Positions 11,101-19,542 of a DNA stretch of 64,000 nucleotides are shown piece after piece. Under the pieces are notes generated by a model. The model saw only the letters and a list, made by a program, of their open reading frames with translations. It was not told the origin of the DNA and did no database searches. The DNA is from a virus. Lineage: Duplodnaviria; Caudoviricetes. The stretch lies in the IMG/VR virus record IMGVR_UViG_3300046167_000801; one strand, 5' to 3'. Each line of letters starts with the position of its first letter. Positions within the stretch are counted from its first letter, which is position 1. Made by a program: the position numbers and the translations under genes.

Positions 11101-12527
11101 CACATATATTACACACAAGTAATAGTGGTGGATTGGCAGGTTCTGTCATTGAGATTAAATCACATAACGATGCAACTGATGGTGTTAACTTTGTGGTTAA
11201 TGGTAACAGTGCGGTTAGAATCAATGGTAACATTGTGGTTCACGCAGGTAACTATACTTCATACCAACAACACCCAACGATTACCGCGGCTAATTCTTCA
11301 GATAACTCGGGTAGAACATATATACAAGACATCTTATTAGATGGTAACGGACACGTTACGGGTGTTACAACAGCAACAGAGACAGTTACCGATAGTGGAA
11401 ATGATAATGATATAGATTACATAAGTGGAGCTACGTTTGATGATACTACAGGTGTAATTACAGGCACAGGAACAGGTAATGCTGGATTTACTGTCGATAT
11501 TGATGGTAGGTATTTAACTACTGAAACTTATACAGCACACGATAATATTACTGCGGCCACATCTTCTAACAATAGTGGTAGAACGTATGTTCAAGACATT
11601 TTAGTAGATGGTAACGGACACGTTACGGGTATAACTACGGCTACAGAAACAGTCACCGATAGTGGAAATGATAATTACTATGTTGATGGATTAAGTTTCG
11701 ATACTGGTAATGGTGTTCTTACGGCGAGTGTGAATGGGGCAACTAATCAGACAGTCGATTTAGACGGTAGGTATTTAGGAACAGGAGACAAGGCGGCAGA
11801 TTCTGATTTACTTGATGGTTTAGACCTTCATACGGGACGTAACAATGAGGCAAATAAAGTAGTACGTACAGATGCAAACGGTTATATCCAAGCTGGTTGG
11901 ATTAATACAACATCGGGAGCGAACGGTGCTTCAGATACCATAAGTAGAATTTACGCGTCGGGAGATGGTTATATTAGATATTATAGTAAGGCCGACTTCA
12001 TTAGTCAATTAGGTTTAATTACTACAGGTAATATTGGTTCACAATCTGTAAATTATGCAACAACGGCAGGATCGGCGGATATGATTGATGGTGTTGCATT
12101 TAGAAACACAAATTCAACTGGAGGGATTGATGCGGACTCCTTAAATAGTGCGGGTATCACATACTACACAGGTGGTGTGACAAACTTCTCAGGTAACGCA
12201 ACTGACGGAGCTCTTTACTCACAAATATATAGTTCATCATGGCAACATCAAATTGCGGGTGACTATAGAAGTGGACGAATTGCGGTTAGAGGTAAAAATA
12301 ATAATACTTGGCAATCTTGGAAAAAGATACCGGCGGTTAATGTTTCTACATTCAGTAATGTGGGTACCGTTACTTTTACCCATGGTTTAGGAACCGACAA
12401 CGTGATTGTACAGGTATATGATAGTAATGGTGATTTATTTTTCCCTTCGGCAATAAATTCTTTAAATGGGGTGGTTGTGGTTAAATTTGAAACAAATAGA
12501 TCAGGAAGAGTAGTCGTAACAGGATAA
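2196..12527 (+). CDS. Giant tail fibre / receptor-binding protein (3443 aa)
   Basis: GSL(S/T)V beta-repeats at the N-terminus, a coiled-coil stalk of RL(G/S/D)SLE repeats, a small cupredoxin-like module (HPFRFS...YYCTNHNGMG), many TVDIDGR(Y/F), NSGRTYIQDIL and AYGWGDH repeats, and C-terminal HGLGT..V.VQVYD. Confidence 0.88.
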   Translation: MNIFDPHITGSLSVSASAEIQGDLTVQGTIYGTAQIDGSVDNAISASHAASYLLTSSFNDYKNTAATTGSNIFIGDQTISGSLLPQGTLTHDLGSDTKRWNDIYLAGSTIDLGGTKITKNSDGDVQLHDSGNTLKRLIASEIELGHGSNKKVLKVNNGRLKLMATNDSDEELAQLSGSFTGSFRGDGSGLINVPASGVTGLSLDRIASTTATASISSDSLITNVSIIPSITNTIDLGAPDKEWRDLYLSSGSLYINGQQVLSTTGTELRVTTDSGESIKILETGSDTITLQTVDGDITLSSSGTGNIELDAPIQITAGNKIISSDGNSIVFGNGLIITGSIGLTGTVDGVDVASLKTDVDAILDSSEADKDSFAEIVGLINSVDTANDQAFAAHYTASNNRLSSLETTSGSHDGRLSSLETTSGSHSSKLNSLELASGSIIERLGEIEFITGSHDGRLDGLETFTGSVDGTIRSDFNSYTSSNDSTNTNQNSRLGSLETKSGSLNTDIKSKLNTENVVSGSEFVLNSTSPITQYVDVTVTASGGVYYIDGVEQQIVSLAKGLVYRFDVSDSSNAGHPFRFSTTDNNQYTDGVTVNGTEGRSGAYVQIIVNQDTPQTLLYYCTNHNGMGNKVFVGGAGDTDSITEGSTNLYYTDARVKSKLNTETVISGSEQVDITNTTNYNLVTNRIGSLESFTASIDDTYASDTDVTTLRNDLNTYTSSNDSTNTNQNSRLGSLETKSGSHDGRLDSIESFTSSIDDTYATDTDVTTLRNDLNTYTSSNDSTNTSQNNRLGSLETKTGSLDSDITDLRGDLNTYTSSNETDKQNLSGRVDSLETKTGSLTTDINTLDGRVDSIESFTASIDDTYATDTDVTNLTNRVGSLETKSGSLETTNTTQNNRLGSLETTSGSHDGRLDSLETKTGSLDTTNTNQDGRLDSIESFTASIDDTYASDTDVTTLRNDLNTYTSSNNTTNQNQDIRLTSLETESGSVRSDFNTYTSSNDSTNTSQNNRLSSLETKTGSLDGNITGLDGRLDTIEGGLEFTGSNVTIKGDLLVKGTETRVDSTTVEIGDNIISLNGSGAQNAGIEVRDNTSPDLLSGSLLWDGQNNYWKGGQKGSEERLLDNTDLTTLDSRLDGIEAETGSYLTDYNNEYTTGATFNSGNGVITFKRNDGDTFTVDIDGRFLDTRAQVHSELYSTNGDANDYTEFGIYRNYASNGPISGHNTILHVSQTDGNYGFQLGGSTIVNGDGLYFRNFAGTDSITGSTWYHIATRDWVDDQNFLTDYNDEYTTGATFNTSDGVITFKRNDGDTFTVDIDGRFLTSYSETDTLDSVTTRGNITTNDITVGNITAGPTLELGGNFSIQGTDGTYYQRIKTIDTSSTSANTFSFDVKLGASANWKSLLILNQNDTATFSGEVIATSFTKSGGTSSQFLKADGSVDSNTYLTQHPPIASPASSNNSGRTYIQDILLDGNGHVTGLTTATETVVNTDTNDIDYVSSATFNTGTGVITGTGVGNAGFTVDIDGRYVELGGGTMTGGLITTNLQVHGGSSQIVLKDTTDDDDHSILFRNNADGDDYKITTKDFTSAATGDGFYLGSTGGDNVALVTNNTTALNIDTSQNSVFSGNVTASSFIKSGGTSSQFLKADGSVDSNTYLTQHPNISAASSSNNSGRTYIQDILLDSNGHVTGLTTASETVTNTDEFTTGATFNTGNGIITFTRNDGDTYTVDIDGRYLTSFTETDPIFTAHAAYNITSTQITNWDTAYGWGDHADENYLTQHPNVNAASSSNNSGRTYIQDILLDGNGHVTGITTSSETVVNTDEYTTGSTFNSGTGIITFTRNDGDTYTVDISATLSEVTVTGGTYDGSSQTLTLTKSDGDTVDVTGFALDTDVNYYLTGATFNTGTGVITYKVKGASDVTVDIDGRYLPLSGGTISSNNTYTLKLENSSNGLGTGIEFSDNPGAGTQRAYITHYHGDGSSYGSGASIVLSTNQPTMTILADGKLMYKEGIYSKPATGTGAGTRKDQNWDTAYGWGDHSTVGYLTGFTETYTEHENISAASSSNNSGRTYIQDILVDSNGHITGITTATETVTNTDTIDYINSATFNTGTGVITGTGVGNAGFTVDIDGRFVKLGGDTMTGTLDVHVPDAGTILSSGNSSATGTPDQFFIKHVNGGVAIGNLRGDINFTSGNLKNDGNLIWDAGDFTSTNISNWDTAYGWGDHSTVGYLTGYTDTNDIDYVNSATFNTGTGVVTLSGVGNAGATVDLDGRYLLDTTDTFTGALTIAGDIRGNGQQLILNAGESYAYATGQTNEYVYINAEQGLEVNSETGNWTVNGWSDRKTALLRGDLLRLDGEDLTKTNIQNFKTAYGWGDHSTEGYVKNDEYTTGATFNSGNGIITFTRNDGDTYTVDVDNRYLQLSGGSLSGNLNMTGTNPMIKFVPTGTNDGAGIRFNYTNNDGEMEFWTSDDYSEPFVWRAYDVGLDGTGNYQEWMKLYQKKLYIDGEELSKTNIQNFKTAYAWGDHSIAGYSEVDYYTTGATFNNGSGTLEFTRNDGNTYSVSLSSALVDVTVTSGTYNSSNQILTLTKSNGSTVDISGFAVDTDVNWYTTSASFNTSNGIITGTHHGGTWTVDIDGRYGLKSLSENKTYTSGGNAVGSYLGGHYSGGGTEKPNSATFGSGKLKIAMLSNTNLGFGGSWNDVLWISAYNGSDVKGSHALVFDKYSTNVYVSDQSYDSASWGTGYQLWHTGHFQQSSINNWNTAYGWGDHSAAGYASGDFLLKSGGTMSGAINMNGSGIDMVNGSISNVNHITIADPGPTEGIEWLGGNGFRIVESPNDLTTNSGGNLQFVKSSTRILTLGSNGQSEFTDKLTLTSSTSGSTIFDIQGTSGQLFSITDDLTGDLFAVSDSSGVPILNVNANGAVTLDPLGSLYVGNNKVINGSGNIEFDGPVTTSNQGRGIYWTGYDKEGTTDFSDTAHILHTSNSGGLAGSVIEIKSHNDATDGVNFVVNGNSAVRINGNIVVHAGNYTSYQQHPTITAANSSDNSGRTYIQDILLDGNGHVTGVTTATETVTDSGNDNDIDYISGATFDDTTGVITGTGTGNAGFTVDIDGRYLTTETYTAHDNITAATSSNNSGRTYVQDILVDGNGHVTGITTATETVTDSGNDNYYVDGLSFDTGNGVLTASVNGATNQTVDLDGRYLGTGDKAADSDLLDGLDLHTGRNNEANKVVRTDANGYIQAGWINTTSGANGASDTISRIYASGDGYIRYYSKADFISQLGLITTGNIGSQSVNYATTAGSADMIDGVAFRNTNSTGGIDADSLNSAGITYYTGGVTNFSGNATDGALYSQIYSSSWQHQIAGDYRSGRIAVRGKNNNTWQSWKKIPAVNVSTFSNVGTVTFTHGLGTDNVIVQVYDSNGDLFFPSAINSLNGVVVVKFETNRSGRVVVTG
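3390..5310 (+). repeat. Intragenic coiled-coil repeat array in the tail fibre, with exact DNA duplications
   Basis: 50-nt identity between 3654-3703 and 4368-4417. Further near-identical blocks encode SFT(A/S)SIDDTYA(S/T)DTDVT four times. Confidence 0.85.
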
Positions 12528-12538
12528 AAAAGAGTTAA

Positions 12539-13678
12539 ATGATTAGAGAAAACGTAATAGTTAGTGGTTCACTTGACGTGAGTGGACAATTTATCATACC
12601 AAGAGGTAGTAGAGGGGAAAGACCTACTTCACCTGAGATAGGTTCTATGTACTTAGAAGAATCTACAAGTGGTAGTTTCGTTGTTACATACACTGGTTCA
12701 TCTAATTATGATGATGGTTGGGAACCAGTGGGTTCGCAAGATACTGACAGAACAGGATTCAAATACAGACAAATAATAAACTATTCATATTTGGCAGGTG
12801 GATATAAGTCAGGTTCACCTTGGAAGAATGTACATAAAACAATTAACGCAACCGACCAAACATCTCACTTAGGTGAGTTATTAGATTACCCTGCAAACTA
12901 TACCTCAGGGGCGTGTAGTAAAACTAAATTATTTCTTTGGTCAACAAATACGGATGGTGCTCATAAAGGCGCAACTAACATACACTCAACACATACATCA
13001 GGTATTGATATGGTGAATGAAACAACATACACCCACCAATCTAAATGGGATTTATTAAATGCGAGAGATGATTGTGGTACCCTATTTAAAGAAACGGAGT
13101 TTGCGTATGTTTTTGGTGGATCTGTAGCAACAGTTGAGAAATTCAATTTAACAAATGAGACAATGTATACCACTTATTATCCTGGTGGTTCACCATATGT
13201 AACAACAACTTCATCTATTACAAGTACTTTAGGTTCATCAGGATTCTCTGATGAAAATTATGGTTACGGTTACGGTTCTGAAAGTGGAAACAAATGTCAC
13301 TTTGCTACTGATGTGTTCGAGACAAGGGCATCCTCATGGGCGTCTAGTGGACAACAGAAAGGGATTAGTTCTAAGGTTGGTAAAGGGTATTGTGGAAATG
13401 AAGGTACATATAATGGGGGTTATAATTTGAGAAGATGGGATGTCTTTACTGAAACCAATATAGGTAATGTACCTAAACCCCACCAAAATTGTGGTGAAGA
13501 AAACTTCACATTAGGACAAGACCATCAATACATGTTAGCAACATACGATGGTACAGGTCAAACAAATACAAGTTGGAAATTCTCATATACGACAGATACG
13601 GGTACGGTAAATCCTGCAGGGTTAGCACCAGGTGTTAACGCAGGTGCATCATCAGGACATTGTGGTTGGAGAAATTAA
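12539..13678 (+). CDS. Beta-propeller/kelch-like virion-associated protein, paralog 1
   Basis: YLAGGYK.SPWKNVHK, VEKFNLTNE, NCGEENF, C-terminal SSGHCGWRN. Directly follows the tail fibre. Confidence 0.6.
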   Translation: MIRENVIVSGSLDVSGQFIIPRGSRGERPTSPEIGSMYLEESTSGSFVVTYTGSSNYDDGWEPVGSQDTDRTGFKYRQIINYSYLAGGYKSGSPWKNVHKTINATDQTSHLGELLDYPANYTSGACSKTKLFLWSTNTDGAHKGATNIHSTHTSGIDMVNETTYTHQSKWDLLNARDDCGTLFKETEFAYVFGGSVATVEKFNLTNETMYTTYYPGGSPYVTTTSSITSTLGSSGFSDENYGYGYGSESGNKCHFATDVFETRASSWASSGQQKGISSKVGKGYCGNEGTYNGGYNLRRWDVFTETNIGNVPKPHQNCGEENFTLGQDHQYMLATYDGTGQTNTSWKFSYTTDTGTVNPAGLAPGVNAGASSGHCGWRN

Positions 13679-13690
13679 CTATTTATAGAT

Positions 13691-14809
13691 ATGATATTTG
13701 AAAATTTAGAAATTAGTGGGTCGTTAAGAGGTCAGGGAATAACAAGACCACCCTCAGGTGCAAAGGCGGATAGACCTTCCTCACCTGAAAAAGGATCTAT
13801 GTTCTTAGAAATGACGACATCGGGTAGTTTCGACAATAGTTTTCTAATGGTTTACACGGGTAATGGAAATGATTCTGGTTGGGAGAGAATTGCGAATCAA
13901 AGTAATTTTGGTAAAACCAGTTTTAGGTTCAATCAAATTATTAACTACTCTTATTTGGCGGGAGGGTATAAATCCTCATCACCTTGGAAGAATGTACATA
14001 AGACGGTAAACTCTACAGATCAAACATCACACTTGGGTGAATTGTTAGATTATCCTGCATCATATACTTCAGGTGCGTGTAGTAGAACTATTTTCTACGT
14101 ATGGTCTGTTAATAATGATGGTGCATGGAAGAGTGCGAGTAATGTACATGGTACATATACATCTGCGATTAATATGGTAACCGATACTAATTATACACAC
14201 ACCGCTGAGATGGATACTAATATAGCAAGAAGTGATTTAGGTACGATGCATAAGGAAACAGAAATGGCATATCTTTTTAGTGGGGGTAGTGCCACTGTTG
14301 AGTTATTTAATTTAACCACAGAATCCTTACATACGGCATATACACTATCAACAATAAACGGTAGTGATGGTGGTTCGGCATTTTCGGATGAACTATATGG
14401 TTATGGTTGGACTTCAAGTGGAGGTGTCAAATTAAACTTTTCAACGGAAACTTTTGCAACATCCCCTCATTGGTCAAACCATTCACAACAAAAAGGTATC
14501 TCATCTAAAGTTGGTAAAGGTTATGCCGGTAATGAAGGTTCATATAGTGGTGGTTATAACTTAAGGAGATGGAGTAATCAAACAGACACCAATATAGGTA
14601 ATGTTGTCAAACCCGATGGTAACTGTGGTGAAGAGAATTTTACTATGGGTCAAGATTGGCAATACATGTTAGGTAATTATAATGGTCTCCAAAACAATAA
14701 TTCATGGAAATTTACATACGCAACTGATACGGGTACAACAAGTGTAAGTGGGTTAAATCCCGCAGTAAACGCTGGTACTTCATCAGGTCATTGTGGTTGG
14801 AGAGAATAA
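13691..14809 (+). CDS. Beta-propeller/kelch-like virion-associated protein, paralog 2
   Basis: Same motif set as paralog 1, ends SSGHCGWRE. Confidence 0.6.
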   Translation: MIFENLEISGSLRGQGITRPPSGAKADRPSSPEKGSMFLEMTTSGSFDNSFLMVYTGNGNDSGWERIANQSNFGKTSFRFNQIINYSYLAGGYKSSSPWKNVHKTVNSTDQTSHLGELLDYPASYTSGACSRTIFYVWSVNNDGAWKSASNVHGTYTSAINMVTDTNYTHTAEMDTNIARSDLGTMHKETEMAYLFSGGSATVELFNLTTESLHTAYTLSTINGSDGGSAFSDELYGYGWTSSGGVKLNFSTETFATSPHWSNHSQQKGISSKVGKGYAGNEGSYSGGYNLRRWSNQTDTNIGNVVKPDGNCGEENFTMGQDWQYMLGNYNGLQNNNSWKFTYATDTGTTSVSGLNPAVNAGTSSGHCGWRE

Positions 14810-14821
14810 AATTTTAAGAAT

Positions 14822-15937
14822 ATGATATACGAAAATATGTCCGTTAGTGGTTCACTTAAAGTGGACAGAGTTACTGCAAGACCACCGAAAGGTGTTAAGT
14901 CACAGAGACCATCGAACCCATTATCTGGTTCTTTATTCTTGGAAGAATCATCAGAACACACAAGTTATTTAATGGTTTATACGGGTGTGTCTAATGTGGA
15001 TGAGGGTTGGGAAAGAATTTCAGCACAACAAAACGAAGGAACTAATTTTAAGTACAGACAAATAATTAATTATTCTTACATCGCCGGTGGATATAAATCC
15101 TCATCACCTTGGAAGAACGTACATAAGGCAACCAACGCAACTGATCAAACAACCCACATTGGTGAGTTATTGGACTATCCCGCAAACTACACATCAGGAG
15201 CGTGTAATCTTAGAATATTTTTTATGTGGTCTGTAAATACGGATAGTGCACATAAAGGACCAACGTCTCTACATAGTAACACAACTTCTGCGGTCAACAT
15301 GTTTACCGACACTAACTACGCCCACCAATCTAACCATGACTTACAATATAGTAGGTCCGATTGTGGAACCATGTGGAAAGAACATGAGTTTGCTTGGATT
15401 TTTGCGGGTAACAGAACAGAGGTAGATAAATTTAATTTAACTAATGAAACGACAATAACAAACTATGGGGTAACCTCGATAAGTAGTAGTGGTGGAGCGA
15501 GTTCTTTTTGTAATGAAACCCATGGATATGGATGGAGTACAAGTAGTATAAAAATGGAATTCTCTACGGAGACTATATCAAGTTCATCAAGTTCATGGTC
15601 AGCACACGGACAACAAAAAGGTATTCCATCTAAAGTTGGTAAGGGTTATGCCGGTAATGAGGGATCTTACCAAGGTGGTTACAATTTGAGAAGATGGGAT
15701 ACATCTACAGATACGAATATTGGTAATGTTGCAAAATTAAGATCGAATTGTGGGGAAGAGAATTTCGCTATGGGCCAAGATTGGCAATACATGTTAGGTT
15801 GTTACGGTAGTTCTTTACAGAATAACGATAGTTGGAAAATGTACTATCAAACAGATACGGGAGTTTTAAATCCCGCGGGTCTTCCACCGGCAGTAAACGC
15901 TGGTACTTCATCAGGTCATTGTGGTTGGAGAGAATAG
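14822..15937 (+). CDS. Beta-propeller/kelch-like virion-associated protein, paralog 3
   Basis: Same motif set, ends SSGHCGWRE. Confidence 0.6.
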   Translation: MIYENMSVSGSLKVDRVTARPPKGVKSQRPSNPLSGSLFLEESSEHTSYLMVYTGVSNVDEGWERISAQQNEGTNFKYRQIINYSYIAGGYKSSSPWKNVHKATNATDQTTHIGELLDYPANYTSGACNLRIFFMWSVNTDSAHKGPTSLHSNTTSAVNMFTDTNYAHQSNHDLQYSRSDCGTMWKEHEFAWIFAGNRTEVDKFNLTNETTITNYGVTSISSSGGASSFCNETHGYGWSTSSIKMEFSTETISSSSSSWSAHGQQKGIPSKVGKGYAGNEGSYQGGYNLRRWDTSTDTNIGNVAKLRSNCGEENFAMGQDWQYMLGCYGSSLQNNDSWKMYYQTDTGVLNPAGLPPAVNAGTSSGHCGWRE

Positions 15938-15995
15938 TAATAAACACTTTATTTAATTGTTTTTTATACTTATATTATAGTAAAATTTTTATTAT

Positions 15996-16760
15996 ATGAA
16001 AGAAGAGTATAAATATGAAAAAACCAACAACCTAAAAGATGGTTTAGATACTAAGTTAATTGAAGTTGCGGAACAAGTTTCATTCGCACTACCAAGGTAC
16101 AAGGCAGAAAATTTTGTTGGGGGTGCACAAATAACACCTTATGCGAAACTAAAACAATGGTTACTTGAACTTAGAGGTAGAGAAGACGCCGTAGAACATT
16201 TAGAATATACCGTTAAAAAACAGGATTTGGAAATACAAATCCAAGAGGAGAGTAAAGAATTTTTAACAGACCCTAAAAGAAAACAGTTGGTAGATCTCAC
16301 AATTTCAGATATGAAAATAGATCTTAGAAAATTTAAAAGAAATCTTAAAGATGCTTACATAGAGAGACAAGGTTTTATTGATTTAATAAAAGATTTCTTA
16401 GATACTGACGATGCTAAACTACCTGATGGTAGTGATTTAATTGATGTAATCGGTAATAAAGAATTAGAAGATAAATTTGAACATGAGTATTGGACTGTTA
16501 GGATGGCAAAACAAGCAATGTTAGATATGATTTCATATGGTAGGATCGGTACAGGTAACTTGGATTCTATTTTAATGATGTCCGCAGAACAACAAAAACA
16601 AGTTTTATCTCTCGCTTCTTCTTACACAGTATTTATAGATAAGAACATTAATCAATTAATGGCAAACGCAACTACAAATAGTTTCTCAATAGAAGAGTCA
16701 TTGAGAAAACAATTAAAGTTGGGGGAGGCAGATAAACCTGATACTGAAAAACTTTTATAA
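15996..16760 (+). CDS. Conserved helical phage protein of the fibre module
   Basis: Long ORF with QITPYAKLKQWLLEL and a coiled-coil segment. TAATG overlap with the next gene. Confidence 0.6.
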   Translation: MKEEYKYEKTNNLKDGLDTKLIEVAEQVSFALPRYKAENFVGGAQITPYAKLKQWLLELRGREDAVEHLEYTVKKQDLEIQIQEESKEFLTDPKRKQLVDLTISDMKIDLRKFKRNLKDAYIERQGFIDLIKDFLDTDDAKLPDGSDLIDVIGNKELEDKFEHEYWTVRMAKQAMLDMISYGRIGTGNLDSILMMSAEQQKQVLSLASSYTVFIDKNINQLMANATTNSFSIEESLRKQLKLGEADKPDTEKLL

Positions 16761-17500
16761 TGAGACATATTATTTTTAAAATAACCGGAAACATACCTGG
16801 ATACATACGAGTTGTTGGGTCCTACATGAATTACTATTATGGGCGTATTGATGACATCTATGACGATATGAGGTTGGAGTTAGATAAACTAAATGCATCG
16901 GTAATTACTGAAGAAGAAGGTAAGGGTTTCATTTTCGCTGACATATACAAAGATTATATTAGTATTAGAACTAATTCATCGCTGATGGATGAGGTTCCGG
17001 TCTTAGCCGAATCTTCAGAAACTGATGAAGAAAAAGTTAAGTATACACTTACTCAGGAAGATAGGGATTTAGGTGTTGTTTTTAATAAAGTGGTTTTATT
17101 AAAAGTTATTTCAGATAGATTTTATACGAGACATAAAGATTTAATGGTTGATGCATCTAACTTAGAAAAGGATACTTGGGAAGAACAAAAAAGAGAGGCG
17201 TTTGCATATCAATTAGATAATTCGTATTCAACACCCGTTATTGACATACTTTCATCTGGTAGAGGTATTGATAAACAAGTTTTGGTTGATAAAATAATAT
17301 CTAACGTAACATCTTATAATACAAAATTAGCAACTTTATTACTTGAACAACAATTATTAGAACAAAGAGTAAAAGATTGTGTCACTTTGGCGGATTGTCA
17401 CAGACTCAAACACGAGAAGTTTGGTATCTCCTTAAGTAAACAACAAAGAGAAGAGGAAGGAATTGAGAGCACCCCATTGACACTGAAGATGGATTTCTAA
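16760..17500 (+). CDS. Tail-fibre assembly/chaperone-like protein
   Basis: LEKDTWEEQKREA..Y....TPVIDILSSGRGIDKQVLVDKI resembles the E.TW..Q..EA / TP.L..IA..RG motif of phage fibre-assembly proteins. Confidence 0.5.
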   Translation: MRHIIFKITGNIPGYIRVVGSYMNYYYGRIDDIYDDMRLELDKLNASVITEEEGKGFIFADIYKDYISIRTNSSLMDEVPVLAESSETDEEKVKYTLTQEDRDLGVVFNKVVLLKVISDRFYTRHKDLMVDASNLEKDTWEEQKREAFAYQLDNSYSTPVIDILSSGRGIDKQVLVDKIISNVTSYNTKLATLLLEQQLLEQRVKDCVTLADCHRLKHEKFGISLSKQQREEEGIESTPLTLKMDF

Positions 17501-17510
17501 AAAAAACTAA

Positions 17511-18509
17511 ATGAATTTAGCAATAAATGGTACATGTGCTAAAGGTTGTTCTTTCTGTTTCACAAAAGAAGATGCGAGACTAAAACATACTCTTGGTGAG
17601 ATGTCAATAGAAAAAGTAGGTGAACTACTTGATCATTTTGATATTGAAGGATCTAGAGAGGAGGTTACAATACTTGGAGGGGAACCCACACAACATTCAA
17701 ATTTTATGGGTCTGATGGATTATATAATCTCAAGAGGTTATAAGGTTAATCTTGTCAGTAATTTACTATTTGGTAAAAGAACCTTAGATTATATAACAAA
17801 CAACATAAAACATATTAGGTGGATATTACCTAATGGTGCTGAGTTGGATGAAAAAAATAGGTTAAATCTATTTAAGAAAAACTACTTATCACTTTACTCA
17901 ACCTATGCAAACACATGGGGATTTGAGGACAATTCAAGATTATTTATTGCAATAACACTTTCGTCCGATTGGAAGGAAAGAAAAATGTTTGAATACATTA
18001 AGTGGTTATATCATGCTTTGGATGGTAAATTAAATGCAATAAGGTTAGGTTTAGATTTAACAGGTACTTACCTAATTAACAATAAAGAAATGGGTAAAGA
18101 AGTTACTAAGATATTAAAGTTTGGACTTTACAATAATATTCAAGTGACCTCTGATTGTCAAGTACCACCGTGTTTGTGGGAGGGGGGAAACAAACAATCA
18201 ATTATGGAGAACTCTTTAGGGTTCGCGACTTTCAAAATACCAGGTTACGATAAAATTTGTGGTTTCATGCCTTTAGATATATTCCCTGATGGATCCTCAA
18301 TACACTGTTACCCATTACAAGATAAAGTTAAGATAGATAATGTATTGAAAATATCGGGAGAAAACAATATATTATCATTGAGGGATAAGTTCGATGATTT
18401 ATATCGAGAAAACCATAAAGATTATAGTATACCACAAGATTGTTTAGATTGTGTTTTTTATAAAACAGAATGTAATGGTATTTGTGGAGGTTGTTTAGAA
18501 AATGAGTAA
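17511..18509 (+). CDS. Radical SAM enzyme with SPASM/twitch-like C-terminus
   Basis: CAKGCSFC (CxxxCxxC), ILGGEPTQH, CGFMPLDIFPDG...HCYP, CLDC-x5-CNGICGGC. Confidence 0.92.
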   Translation: MNLAINGTCAKGCSFCFTKEDARLKHTLGEMSIEKVGELLDHFDIEGSREEVTILGGEPTQHSNFMGLMDYIISRGYKVNLVSNLLFGKRTLDYITNNIKHIRWILPNGAELDEKNRLNLFKKNYLSLYSTYANTWGFEDNSRLFIAITLSSDWKERKMFEYIKWLYHALDGKLNAIRLGLDLTGTYLINNKEMGKEVTKILKFGLYNNIQVTSDCQVPPCLWEGGNKQSIMENSLGFATFKIPGYDKICGFMPLDIFPDGSSIHCYPLQDKVKIDNVLKISGENNILSLRDKFDDLYRENHKDYSIPQDCLDCVFYKTECNGICGGCLENE

Positions 18510-19542
18510 AATATTCTCAATACCATTAAATCCTATGTTAAGTGAACAGGCGTTCACACATGTATTCTATCCATTTCTACAAAAGAATAAGGATTGGATA
18601 TATGATATATACTTTACCTGTAGAATACCCCCTTTTACTCAGGATGCTATGGGGTCTGTTATAAATGAAGACGATAGATATTCAGTTTTTGATAATGCGT
18701 TGATGATACAGGAGACTTTAGGTATAAAAATTAGTGCTACATTCAATAATTTTAACGTGTCTCCCAAATATGAAAATTATAAATTATTTATTGAAAACTT
18801 AAAACCACTTTATGATAAAGGTTTAAGGTCCATGACGATACCTCACGGTCATTGGGTGGCTATGGGTTTAAAGGACCATTTTCCTGAGATGCATATTAAA
18901 AATACCATACTCAGGAAGGTTAATACCGCACAAGATTTTTGGTACTCCGCCGAACAAGGGTTTGACTACATTAATGTTGATAGAATATTGATGAGGGATA
19001 TGGAGGAACTAAAGAACATTAGAAGAGCACAACTCATGTTTCAACAAAAACATGGTAGATACGTTGAGATTGCGTTATTAACAAATGAAGGTTGTTTAGG
19101 TAGATGTCCCGTTATGGATGAACACTACTCATATAATAACTTAAGAAAACCTAACGAATTACCGTATTTTCACCATGAGATATCAAAAGTCACATGTGAA
19201 CATAAATGGGAAAACGAAATCGGTGCGTTCTTCTTTAAAACTGCAACCATACCACCATTTAAAAAAGAATTTGATGAATACCTAAATCATATCGATATCT
19301 ATAAAATGCATGGTAGGGATAGTTTTGATAGATTAAATGAAACTATGGAAATAGTGGAATCTTATTCACAAGGTAAGGACATCTTATCAAAATCCTCAGA
19401 AATATATTTAGATGGTGTCCCTCATGAAGAGTTAAGGGGTTGGAGAAATAAGATCAAGAAATGTAAATTTCAATGTTGGGATTGTAATTATTGTGATATT
19501 GTCTCTGAACACAAAAAAAAGAAATTAAATGGATCTAATTAA
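18502..19542 (+). CDS. U32 peptidase-family protein (Fe-S, TrhP/RlhA/UbiUV-related superfamily)
   Basis: LLTNEGCLGRCP, DIYKMHGR and C-terminal CKFQCWDCNYC. Overlaps the radical SAM gene. Confidence 0.75.
   Translation: MSKIFSIPLNPMLSEQAFTHVFYPFLQKNKDWIYDIYFTCRIPPFTQDAMGSVINEDDRYSVFDNALMIQETLGIKISATFNNFNVSPKYENYKLFIENLKPLYDKGLRSMTIPHGHWVAMGLKDHFPEMHIKNTILRKVNTAQDFWYSAEQGFDYINVDRILMRDMEELKNIRRAQLMFQQKHGRYVEIALLTNEGCLGRCPVMDEHYSYNNLRKPNELPYFHHEISKVTCEHKWENEIGAFFFKTATIPPFKKEFDEYLNHIDIYKMHGRDSFDRLNETMEIVESYSQGKDILSKSSEIYLDGVPHEELRGWRNKIKKCKFQCWDCNYCDIVSEHKKKKLNGSN

Noticed and set aside
2630-11340. Several long antisense and alternate-frame ORFs inside the tail fibre gene
   Set aside because: Shadow ORFs of a repetitive Ser/Thr/Gly-rich gene with biased codons, and no recognisable motifs.
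12539-15937. Diversity-generating retroelement (template/variable repeat) among the three paralogs
   Set aside because: No reverse transcriptase in the window, and the differences are not adenine-specific.
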